DNA from: Candidatus Falkowbacteria bacterium UBA917
Lineage (GTDB): Bacteria > Patescibacteriota > Patescibacteriia > Patescibacteriales > Patescibacteriaceae
Direction: 5' to 3'
Assembly: GCA_002293855.1 (NCBI GenBank)
Contig: DBEB01000010.1
Coordinates: forward strand, 1-63,599
Length of the DNA: 63,599 nucleotides
Of the stretch, positions 8,350 through 16,429 are shown piece by piece. Every line of letters starts with the position of its first letter. Positions within the stretch are counted from its first letter, which is position 1. Position numbers and translations under genes: made by a program. Under the pieces are notes generated by a model. That model was not told the DNA's origin. It was given only the letters and a program-made list of their open reading frames with translations, and made no database searches.

Positions 8350-9354
8350 TTATAGATTGATTAAAAAATTTTCTAAGGCTAGCTGCGGATTAACATTAGC
8401 GTTTAAATATAACCGAGCTTGACTAATTAGCTTAGTAGCGTCAACTAAACGTTTCAGGCTAAAACGCCCCTTACAATCATTGAGCTTCGCTCTTAAGCTG
8501 TCATTGTGAATGAGCTCTGGTTGATCGAGATTGAGTAAGAGCAAATCTCGAATGAGAGTTTGAAAAACTATCAGCAAATTAGCATGATTGGAACTGTCAG
8601 CTGAACGCTCTTTGATAAGCCGCTCAGTTAGACTGAGTCGAGCTGATAGATCAGCAGTCAGGGCTGCGAGACAAGCATCAGCCAAGCTGATTCTTTCATT
8701 ATAAAAAGTTTCGCTAGCTAAATAGCTTTCAGTTAAACCAAATTTACCCATAGAGAGATGAGCGATGGATTTGGCTAAGGTGCGCTTCAGACCGACTTCT
8801 TTAACCAAATGATCAAAGAGCGTATTAGTTGATACTTGTCGGAACTGAATGAGCTGACTACGAGAGACAATAGTGGCCGGCAAAGTCCCGAGATCCGTAA
8901 CCAAGAGCACAATGACAATGCGAGCACCTGGTTCTTCGAGAGTTTTGAGGAGGCTGTTGGCTGCTGAGATACTTAGAGTTTCGGCATTGTTGATGAGTAC
9001 AAAGCGGTAATTACCAGCAAGAGCTGAGAGGCTGAGCTGAGAGATGAGTTTTTTGATCTGCTCGATACCGATGCCTTTTTTGTCAGTTTCGATCTGTAGC
9101 TGATAGAGATCTGGGAAAAGGCCGTGGGAGAGACTGTGACAGTTAGCACAAAGACCGCAAGGATAGGCATCGGCACTGAGACAAGCTAGCGCCTGAAAGA
9201 GCCAAGCAGCAGCTCGAGCGGTCACGACGCTATCATGACCAGTGAGGATATAGGAGCCGGATAAGTGGCGGTTACGACCCAAATCAGCTAGTTTTTGGAC
9301 TAGGGAGAGAGCTGGTGCATTGCCAATAATTTGCTGCTGAAGAGATTTGGACAT
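8350..9354 (-). CDS. holB: DNA polymerase III subunit delta-prime
   Basis: 334 aa. It has an AAA+-like clamp-loader fold without an intact Walker A (GSYILTGHDS), the Zn-module cysteines CGLCANCHS, and a later SRSQ motif. Confidence 0.8.
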   Translation of the reverse strand: MSKSLQQQIIGNAPALSLVQKLADLGRNRHLSGSYILTGHDSVVTARAAAWLFQALACLSADAYPCGLCANCHSLSHGLFPDLYQLQIETDKKGIGIEQIKKLISQLSLSALAGNYRFVLINNAETLSISAANSLLKTLEEPGARIVIVLLVTDLGTLPATIVSRSQLIQFRQVSTNTLFDHLVKEVGLKRTLAKSIAHLSMGKFGLTESYLASETFYNERISLADACLAALTADLSARLSLTERLIKERSADSSNHANLLIVFQTLIRDLLLLNLDQPELIHNDSLRAKLNDCKGRFSLKRLVDATKLISQARLYLNANVNPQLALENFLINL

Positions 9355-9400
9355 AGCTCTATCCTAACACAGCCAGTAGTTAATTTCAATTGAGTTTAGC

Positions 9401-9479
9401 ACCCCGAGCTGAGGCTCAGTCCTGCTTGTTGGGAGCCGACCCCTCAGTCCTGCGGACAGCTCCCCTTAGTAAGGGGAGC
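9401..9479 (+). repeat. intergenic palindromic repeat, locus A (two related half-modules ending in a 10-bp-arm hairpin)
   Basis: Positions 9438-9479 read gacccctcagtcct gcggacag ctccccttagtaagg ggagc. This matches the reverse complement of 55468-55510 in a 14-nt block and a 15-nt block of identity. The hairpin gctcccctta-g-taaggggagc is at 9459-9479. An upstream half-copy (accccgagctgaggctcagtcctgc) is at 9401-9425. Confidence 0.7.
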
Positions 9480-9481
9480 AT

Positions 9482-9516
9482 AAAAAAATCCCCAAGACCG
9501 TTAAGGCTTGGGGATA
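9482..9516 (-). terminator. rho-independent terminator after the cohesin/dockerin-like gene
   Basis: The minus strand reads atatccccaagccttaacggtcttggggattttttt. The stem is tccccaag/cttgggga, followed by a 7-T run. Confidence 0.75.
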
Positions 9517-9534
9517 TAATGAAAGAAAGAACAA

Positions 9535-11352
9535 TTATTTAGTAATCAGTACTGAACCGTGTCCAGTAAGCGAAGTAGTGCTAAGTCGCCAAAAATAGGC
9601 GCCACTAGCTAGATTGAGCTGTATAGAACCGCTACCATCAAGCTTATCAGAATAAAGCAACTGGCCAGCGCTGGAATAAATAACCAAGCTAGCGAGTTCA
9701 TCTAACTGATAATTAACCAGGCCGTAGCTACTGATCTTGATCATGGATTTGACTACAATCTCATCAACAGAGTTGGTGCTGATCTTTTTTAAGAGCTCAT
9801 CAACATCTTTTTGATTGATCGTGCCATCACCATTGAAGTCAAAAGCCCAGAGCTGATAGAGCTTAGGGTTTTTGAGTCGACCAGCCAAGTAGTCAATCAG
9901 CCGAGTAAGATCAGCTTGATCGAGCTTGGCATTGCCAAAGTTATCATCCGAATCACCTTTTTTGAAGCTCACAAAGATTGGCTTCATGTCCATGGTCCAA
10001 TCGAGAAGCTTAGTAGAGTTAACAGACTTACCCGAGCTGTCTTTGGCGATAATGTTTTCTATCTTTAGATTAACAAAACCATAAGGTAGGTCAGTGAATC
10101 TAAAGTTTAGAATCGCGAAGAGCTTGGGATTATCCGTAGCAAGATTAGCAGGCCAAAAACTTTTGGCGACTAATTCAACGAGATAGCTGTTAGTACCGAC
10201 AGTCGAGGAAGTTTTTTTAACAGTCCCAAAGGAGCCGTCAAAAGAACTAACCACATTATCTAGACTCATATAGTCAGCTACAGTTAATTGAAAAGTAACT
10301 GACCTGATCTTTTTGTCTAGATTGTCAATTTTTAAGCCAGTAATCAGCTCACCGTAGCCTGTCAACTTGTATTTATCCAAGCTAACAATAGGCGCCGATG
10401 CATCAGCCAAGAACTTAACGGTTTCAGTGACCATAGAGAAAGGCTCTTTGAGATCAACCGCCAGACTAATTTCTGTAGCTGTAGTCAGAGCTTTACCAGC
10501 AGACTGAGCAAGGAAATTATTTAGCTTTAGCTCTACAGGTCCCCGGCTATCAGCTGGGAAATTAAGAGTGAGGCTAAATAACTTTTTGTAATCGCTGCTA
10601 GCCGGCACAACTGCATTCATGACGAGTCGCCATTTGCCGTTACCGAGACCGGTAACTGAGGCAACTGCCGGCGAAACGACTGGCTTTGGCCAAGTACTAG
10701 GCAGAATCAAATCTGCAGCTAGACTGTCAAAGCTTTTGCCAGAATACTCGAGATCTAGATTAACTAGATTAAGAGTTTCGGTTCTAGATACTTGAGCATT
10801 GACCAATCTGAGGTTTAATTCAGAGGGTGGTAAATTACCAAGCTCGATAATGATTGAGCGACTTGTTGGAACTGGCAAAGACTTACCACTAGCATCAGTC
10901 ACTCGGAAATTATCGAAGATTACCTTGAGTTGACCAGTTGTTGGAATTGGTTTTTTTGTTTTAAGAAAAAAACTCATAATCTTGCGCAGCTGTGAACTCT
11001 CAGCGAGAAAGTCCGCAGCCTTACCAGGATCCATCCAATAATGAAACTCAAAGCCGGCGCTTTTTGATGTGGGCTGAGTCCATTTAGACTCATCTTTTTT
11101 GCCATCGGCACCGAAGCATTCAGCTGGAATTGGCTCAGCGCCAAAATCCTCACACTGAATGTATTCAAACTTGAGATCAAAGACAAGATCTTTGATGGCT
11201 GGGCTATTGGCCACATGCACATCAAACCAGATGATATTATCCTTGCGATTCACCGGGTAGGACGATTGGTTCATAGACAGGTCAAAGGATTGACCAAACA
11301 CAGAAACAGCACTGACGAGCAGTGCAAACAGAACAGAAACAGAAAGTTTCAT
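9535..11352 (-). CDS. secreted protein: three cohesin-like modules + dockerin-like EF-hand pair + C-terminal T9SS-CTD/FlgD-Ig-like beta-sandwich
   Basis: 605 aa. The signal peptide is MKLSVSVLFALLVSAVSVFGQ. Three modules end in related motifs: LKVIFDNFRVTDASGKSLPV, VELKLNNFLAQSAGKALT and VNLKIENIIAKDSSGKSVNS. The dockerin-like duplicate is GDSDDNFGNAKLDQADLTRLIDYLAG / DFNGDGTINQKDVDELLKKI. The tail is LVIYSSAGQLLYSDKLDGSGSIQLNLASGAYFWRLSTTSLTGHGSVLITK. An AGGAG SD sits 6 nt before the ATG. Confidence 0.8.
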   Translation of the reverse strand: MKLSVSVLFALLVSAVSVFGQSFDLSMNQSSYPVNRKDNIIWFDVHVANSPAIKDLVFDLKFEYIQCEDFGAEPIPAECFGADGKKDESKWTQPTSKSAGFEFHYWMDPGKAADFLAESSQLRKIMSFFLKTKKPIPTTGQLKVIFDNFRVTDASGKSLPVPTSRSIIIELGNLPPSELNLRLVNAQVSRTETLNLVNLDLEYSGKSFDSLAADLILPSTWPKPVVSPAVASVTGLGNGKWRLVMNAVVPASSDYKKLFSLTLNFPADSRGPVELKLNNFLAQSAGKALTTATEISLAVDLKEPFSMVTETVKFLADASAPIVSLDKYKLTGYGELITGLKIDNLDKKIRSVTFQLTVADYMSLDNVVSSFDGSFGTVKKTSSTVGTNSYLVELVAKSFWPANLATDNPKLFAILNFRFTDLPYGFVNLKIENIIAKDSSGKSVNSTKLLDWTMDMKPIFVSFKKGDSDDNFGNAKLDQADLTRLIDYLAGRLKNPKLYQLWAFDFNGDGTINQKDVDELLKKISTNSVDEIVVKSMIKISSYGLVNYQLDELASLVIYSSAGQLLYSDKLDGSGSIQLNLASGAYFWRLSTTSLTGHGSVLITK

Positions 11353-11421
11353 GTAAAACTCCTAAAATATAATGAAGAAAAACAGAATAGAGATTTAATT
11401 TTCAATGAACTTTAATGGTCT

Positions 11422-11450
11422 ATTATATCATAATTGACTGTTTTTGTCAA
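11422..11450 (-). promoter_or_regulatory. consensus sigma70 promoter (TTGACA-17 nt-TATAAT) for the cohesin/dockerin-like gene
   Basis: The minus strand reads ttgaca aaaacagtcaattatga tataat. The -35 is at 11450-11445 and the -10 at 11427-11422. Confidence 0.7.
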
Positions 11451-11490
11451 TAGTTAGGCTCTTTGGCCTTATTTTGGCTAATTTTAATAT

Positions 11491-11517
11491 AAAATAAAGG
11501 CTATCTACTGATAGCCT
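11491..11517 (-). terminator. rho-independent terminator after the AT-rich orphan gene
   Basis: The minus strand reads aggctatcagtagatagcct (8-bp stem) followed by ttattttat. Confidence 0.6.
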
Positions 11518-11524
11518 GAATAAT

Positions 11525-12061
11525 TTAGTTGTTAGTGCCAGAATTAAAATGATTGAGACTTTGATTGGTTTGACTCAATAAAGACTCCATTTTTTTCTCA
11601 TCTTTGAGATAAGTTCTCTTAGCCATAGTTCTCAGATCGCTGATCGTGCTTAATCGATATCTGTAAACCAAGATCAAGAGACAAGTCTGTATACCGATAT
11701 AATATGGCAACTGCTCGCAAAAATAAAAATTGTTGTAGCGAAAATTAAAACGCCAGATGATTAGCTCGATGCTAAATATACCAAAACAGATAAGCCAGAA
11801 AGACTGAGACCAAAAACTACTACAAAGAGCCTTTACAAAACTATTGCGGATAGAATCTTCTTGTCTAGTCAAAGTAACTATAAAATGCTTATTGATGAGA
11901 TTGTAGTCAGCGTGTCTTTGGTACTGATGTGTTATGTCTAGCATAATTTCATCAACCAAAGCGCGTCGAGAACGCCAATTAAAATCATAGATCACGAGTA
12001 GCCAATGCCAACAAAGGGCAATAAAACAAAAATCGCTTAAAGCTAAAAAAATTGTTTTCAC
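11525..12061 (-). CDS. hypothetical membrane protein (AT-rich orphan, GTG start)
   Basis: 178 aa. It starts at a GTG preceded by AAGGA 7 nt upstream. It has three or four hydrophobic segments and is rich in W/F/Y/C. No family was recognised. Sampled lines inside the gene are about 33% G+C, against about 53% in the neighbouring gene. Confidence 0.55.
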   Translation of the reverse strand: MKTIFLALSDFCFIALCWHWLLVIYDFNWRSRRALVDEIMLDITHQYQRHADYNLINKHFIVTLTRQEDSIRNSFVKALCSSFWSQSFWLICFGIFSIELIIWRFNFRYNNFYFCEQLPYYIGIQTCLLILVYRYRLSTISDLRTMAKRTYLKDEKKMESLLSQTNQSLNHFNSGTNN

Positions 12062-12143
12062 GATCTAATCCTTTCACAATAAATAAAAAGAACTGAGTTT
12101 ATTACTAATAATAAACCACAGTAGTTTTAAAAAAGCAAATTGA

Positions 12144-13400
12144 TTAGCTCTGGAGAATATCCAGTGTTTCGCTGGCACATTTGCGCCAACTAAAATCATT
12201 AACACGAGCTAGACCACTGGCGCTTAGCTTTGACTGCAGAGCTTGATCACTAATCAGAGCGAAGATTTTGTCAGCCATGTCGGCAGGAGAATTAGGATCA
12301 AAGAGTACAGCGCAGTCAGCGACGACTTCACGAACTGGAGCAATGTCAGAAGCGGCAATGGGCGTGCCACAGGCCATGGCTTGGAGAAGTGGGATACCAA
12401 AGCCTTCGTAGTTAGACGGGAAGATAAAGGCGCTAGCGGCGTTATAAATATCTGGGAGAGACTTTTCTTCGATCCAACCCGGCATCAAGACTTCGCGTTC
12501 TAAATTGTATTCACTGATGTTGTATTTGACTTCATCAAAACCATAACTAGCATCCCCTACCAAGACTAGCTTGTGCTTGATTTCCGGATGATGATGCTTG
12601 ATGAGTGCAAAGGCCTCGATCAACTCAGAGATGTTTTTCTTTTTTTCTAAACGGCCAACATAAAAAATAAAAGGCGTTGTGATGCCATTAACTCGAAGAG
12701 TTGCTTCAGCGTCAGAGCGATCAAGCTGACGATAGATTTGGTTATTGTAACCATTGTGCACGACTGCAATCTTGGCTGGATCAGCCTGATAGACAGAGAT
12801 GAGCTCCTGGCGTGAGAACTCAGAAATAGTAATGACTTTGTGCGCCGCTTTGAGTGCAAAGGCAGTTGACCAGTCAAGATAATCAGTCTGCGTAGCACCA
12901 AAGCGACCGAGAGTAAACAGGCGTACCAGAGTATTGATAAAATTATTACGATAAGCGACACGATCTTGTTCGTAGAGTTTGAGATTGCGCTTGAAACCTA
13001 TGTCATGAATAGTGACAACCGAGCGACGAGGATGAATCAGTGGCAAGGTGTGCGCTGGCACAAAGAGTAAATCTGGCTTATGAAAAAGCATCTCTAGCGA
13101 CAAACCACCGAGAGTCCAAAAGAACTTAAAGGGCCAAGACAGAACCTTGGCACGGAAATTGTGATGAGGACTTACTAGGGTTTGAAAACCATACTGATCA
13201 AAAGTAGCCGGACCAGTCATAGGATCAACCTCCTCGGCAGAGAGATCAGCTAGACCGCCGATCAATGGTCGATCAGTATAGAGAATGTATTGATTGTCTT
13301 TATCCAAACGAGCAAGCTCACGGATGAGATAAAAGGCGTACCATTCGGTACCACTTTTGTGTAATTTATTAGCACGACTAGCATCAATACCAATGAGCAT
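12144..13400 (-). CDS. glycosyltransferase family 4 (GT-B, GT1-type C-terminal domain)
   Basis: The track ORF starts at a TTG at 13415, which overlaps mreB. I prefer the ATG at 13400 (MLIGIDASR...), 1 nt after the mreB stop. The C-terminal EGFGIPLLQAMACGTPIAASDIAPVREV is the typical EX7E glycosyltransferase motif. Confidence 0.85.
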   Translation of the reverse strand: MLIGIDASRANKLHKSGTEWYAFYLIRELARLDKDNQYILYTDRPLIGGLADLSAEEVDPMTGPATFDQYGFQTLVSPHHNFRAKVLSWPFKFFWTLGGLSLEMLFHKPDLLFVPAHTLPLIHPRRSVVTIHDIGFKRNLKLYEQDRVAYRNNFINTLVRLFTLGRFGATQTDYLDWSTAFALKAAHKVITISEFSRQELISVYQADPAKIAVVHNGYNNQIYRQLDRSDAEATLRVNGITTPFIFYVGRLEKKKNISELIEAFALIKHHHPEIKHKLVLVGDASYGFDEVKYNISEYNLEREVLMPGWIEEKSLPDIYNAASAFIFPSNYEGFGIPLLQAMACGTPIAASDIAPVREVVADCAVLFDPNSPADMADKIFALISDQALQSKLSASGLARVNDFSWRKCASETLDILQS

Positions 13401-13401
13401 A

Positions 13402-14409
13402 TTATTTGGTAGCAAAGATGCTACGTTTATAAGAATTTAAGTTTTCTAAAGAAATGCCGGTGCCACGAGCGACGCAGAGCTGAGCTTCGTCGGCAATGAA
13501 GACTGGCACATCAGTGGTGCGATAGATTAGCTGATCAATATTACGTAGCAAGGAAGTGCCACCGGATAAGACCATACCTTTATCCATAATATCCGCTGAC
13601 AATTCTGGTGGAGTTTGTGAGAGGACATTTTTGATAGTATTGATAATGAGCTCTAGAGAGCTTTGTAAAGCTTCGGTTACGTCATCGGAATTAACGATGA
13701 TATTACGAGGTAAGCCCGTGAGAATGTCACGACCTTTGATTTCGAGGGTTAATTTGTCTTCGAGATAGAGGGCACTGCCGATATTAATTTTGACGTCTTC
13801 GGCAGTTCGTTCACCGATCGAGAGATTGTATTTGCGGCGAATATGATCAGTGATAGCAGCGTCAAATTTGTTGCCACCGACACGCACAGAAGTAGCTACG
13901 ACCACACCGCCGAGCGAAATGACAGCCATTTCAGCAGTACCGCCACCGATGTCGACAATCATATGACCAGAGGCTGAACCAATCGGAATGTCAGCGCCGA
14001 TAGCAGCGGCAATTGGCTCCTTGATGATATAAGCCGCTTTGGCGCCAGCGGCGATAGTAGCATCAATAACAGCACGACGTTCAGTTGAAGTAATACCAGC
14101 AGGGACTGCTACCATGACTTCAGGACGAAAGAGTCGCATACCACCCAGAGCTTTGTTGATGAAGTAGCGTAACATGGCTTCAGTAGTGTGATAATCAGCA
14201 ATAACACCATCTTTGAGTGGTTTAACCGCCAAGATATTGTCAGGTGTGCGACCTAACATGTCTTTGGCTTCGTTGCCAACAGCGATGATTTTTTTATCAA
14301 TAGTAGAAATAGCTACGACACTAGGCTCATTGATAATAATCCCCTTCTTGGGGACATAAACTAGAGTATAAGTGGTACCGAGATCAATGCCAATGCGTTT
14401 GATAAACAT
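13402..14409 (-). CDS. mreB: rod shape-determining protein MreB
   Basis: 335 aa. IGIDLGTTYTLVYV...VVAVPAGITSTERRAV...MIVDIGGGTAEMAVISLGG are actin-fold phosphate and adenosine motifs. Confidence 0.95.
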   Translation of the reverse strand: MFIKRIGIDLGTTYTLVYVPKKGIIINEPSVVAISTIDKKIIAVGNEAKDMLGRTPDNILAVKPLKDGVIADYHTTEAMLRYFINKALGGMRLFRPEVMVAVPAGITSTERRAVIDATIAAGAKAAYIIKEPIAAAIGADIPIGSASGHMIVDIGGGTAEMAVISLGGVVVATSVRVGGNKFDAAITDHIRRKYNLSIGERTAEDVKINIGSALYLEDKLTLEIKGRDILTGLPRNIIVNSDDVTEALQSSLELIINTIKNVLSQTPPELSADIMDKGMVLSGGTSLLRNIDQLIYRTTDVPVFIADEAQLCVARGTGISLENLNSYKRSIFATK

Positions 14410-14421
14410 AAGATGATGAAG

Positions 14422-16425
14422 CTAATAGAAAGAAACTGAGAAATTTTTATCGAGATCAAGGTTGTCACGCCAAGTGATTTGGTTATTAGCCAAAGTAGCA
14501 TGTAAACTCTGAGGGTCAAAAGCCCGAATCGACTTAACAAAATTGAGATTAACTCGCAGATCATTGACTGTGCTACCTGGTTGTTTTTGGATAGTCAACT
14601 GATATTTTTTGGCACGGACACTTTGCCAAATACTATCAGGCAAAAGGTATTCAAAAGATAGATGGCCGATTTTACCCGGCTCTATCTCTAGCCAGCCACC
14701 GAAGTAAGTTTTACCTAATTCTGTGCCGACAGTCAAATCCTGCTCCGAACCAAAGAAACCAGCGGCTTTACGTAATTTACTTCCTTCTGGCACAAAGACT
14801 CTGGTGTAACTCCTGTACTTGGTAGTTTTCCAAGTATAAGAGCCAGTGTTAGCATAATTGACAGTTAGCTTGGCGACTAAGCCCTCTGGAGTTTCTTGTA
14901 ATTGATAATCTAGATTGCGATTAATCACAGCATCGGTTTTGAGAGCAGCCAGGTTAGCGTCGACCACCATCACATAATCATCTTTGCTTTGACTGATGTG
15001 ACCATCCCAGTTACTAGATCGGAGGTAACTGGCCAAATCAGGATCAGTAGCGTAGACAAGGATGTTTTTGCGATTAAGATTGTTTTGCAAGGTTGTGAGT
15101 ATTTCAGGACGACGAGAGTCGAGACTAGTAATTAATTTGTCATACATAACAGCGGAGATACGACCAATGTCAGCTTTACGATTCCAACTAGAGAGACCGA
15201 GGGCTTGGTAGTCTTTCTCAGTGGTGGACTGTAAAAGCTCCATAAAATTAGTCTTGGTATAGACACGATTATCAACCTTGATCGGACCAGTGATATCCAA
15301 AAAATCTGTGATCAAGTCAGGTGTCACAGCGACGATGAAATCAAACTGGTCGGGCCTCGCTGGACTTGCCAGCAACTTATTTTCTTCACGATAAAACCAA
15401 GCTATTTTTTCAGCTGAACTAGGCCAATCCGGTGACCAGTTAGCATCACGGAAATACCAATAATTAACCCCGAGATATTTTTTGAGTGGAGCTGGTGGAT
15501 CGATCTTAAACTTATCCTTGACCGGCATATCTAAATGATAAGAGTCATGAGTACTGAGCTTGGTAATTTCACCATTGTTGATCTCCATCACGCCGTAACT
15601 ACCGATAAAACCACCGGTGGGGCGTAACTCGTGGTTGTTTTGCAAGATAATTAACCAACGACTAGGCTCTGGATAACCCATGGCTCTCGGTAGGGTTTGA
15701 GCATAAAAATTAGCCGAACTGACAGTTTGACTAAATTTGTCTAAATGATCGGTGATAATGTCAAAATCAATTTGTGCTAGCTTAAAAAAATCTGGTTCGC
15801 CGATAGCAGCGAGCTCAACACTGATGGCAGCGAGATCTTTTTGAGCTTGAGCTAACTCGGGAGCAGCAGCAGTAACCGATTGCCAAAAAGCTCGCTTGTC
15901 AGTTGGACTGAGCTTGGTATAATTGGGCAGCGAATAATCTGGCAAAATAGATAGAACACCGATTGAACTATCGGTCAAAGTTGAGGCGGTAGTAGTAAGA
16001 CGCAATGACAATTCAACAAGTCGCTCTAGATCAGAGAGCTGGGAGTGAAAATAAGGAGTCCAAGCAATTGGAGTAGAACGAATCAGCTTCAAGCTAGTGC
16101 CGGTGCGCTCAAGCAATGACCGAGCCTCACCAAGATCACTTTGAGCAGTCACTAAGTCACGATTTTGATAGGCAATTAGACTTTGTTCGAGCTTGACTTT
16201 GGCTAAAGTAGCGTTGTGATAAGCGTCTTTGACAGCTGGTAAAATATACCAGAGATTAATAAGACTGGTGATCACTATGATCACTGCTGCCCAGATAGCC
16301 AGATTCAAAAACCGCAGCCAAGGGCCAGCTGGCTTAGCGGGCCTCGAGTGTGATTGAGAAGAACTACGATTTAATTCGTGATGATAAATATCTAGCAGTT
16401 TCTTGGGTTTATGAAAATTAAACAT
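14422..16425 (-). CDS. DUF4012-like membrane-anchored envelope protein
   Basis: I trimmed the track ORF to the Met at 16425 (MFNFHKPKKLL...), which removes the overlap with the upstream permease. It has a single N-terminal TM (WLRFLNLAIWAAVIIVITSLINLWYIL) and the motif ILQNNHELRPTGGFIGSYGV, which I recall as the DUF4012 signature. Confidence 0.7.
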   Translation of the reverse strand: MFNFHKPKKLLDIYHHELNRSSSQSHSRPAKPAGPWLRFLNLAIWAAVIIVITSLINLWYILPAVKDAYHNATLAKVKLEQSLIAYQNRDLVTAQSDLGEARSLLERTGTSLKLIRSTPIAWTPYFHSQLSDLERLVELSLRLTTTASTLTDSSIGVLSILPDYSLPNYTKLSPTDKRAFWQSVTAAAPELAQAQKDLAAISVELAAIGEPDFFKLAQIDFDIITDHLDKFSQTVSSANFYAQTLPRAMGYPEPSRWLIILQNNHELRPTGGFIGSYGVMEINNGEITKLSTHDSYHLDMPVKDKFKIDPPAPLKKYLGVNYWYFRDANWSPDWPSSAEKIAWFYREENKLLASPARPDQFDFIVAVTPDLITDFLDITGPIKVDNRVYTKTNFMELLQSTTEKDYQALGLSSWNRKADIGRISAVMYDKLITSLDSRRPEILTTLQNNLNRKNILVYATDPDLASYLRSSNWDGHISQSKDDYVMVVDANLAALKTDAVINRNLDYQLQETPEGLVAKLTVNYANTGSYTWKTTKYRSYTRVFVPEGSKLRKAAGFFGSEQDLTVGTELGKTYFGGWLEIEPGKIGHLSFEYLLPDSIWQSVRAKKYQLTIQKQPGSTVNDLRVNLNFVKSIRAFDPQSLHATLANNQITWRDNLDLDKNFSVSFY

Positions 16426-16429
16426 AGAG

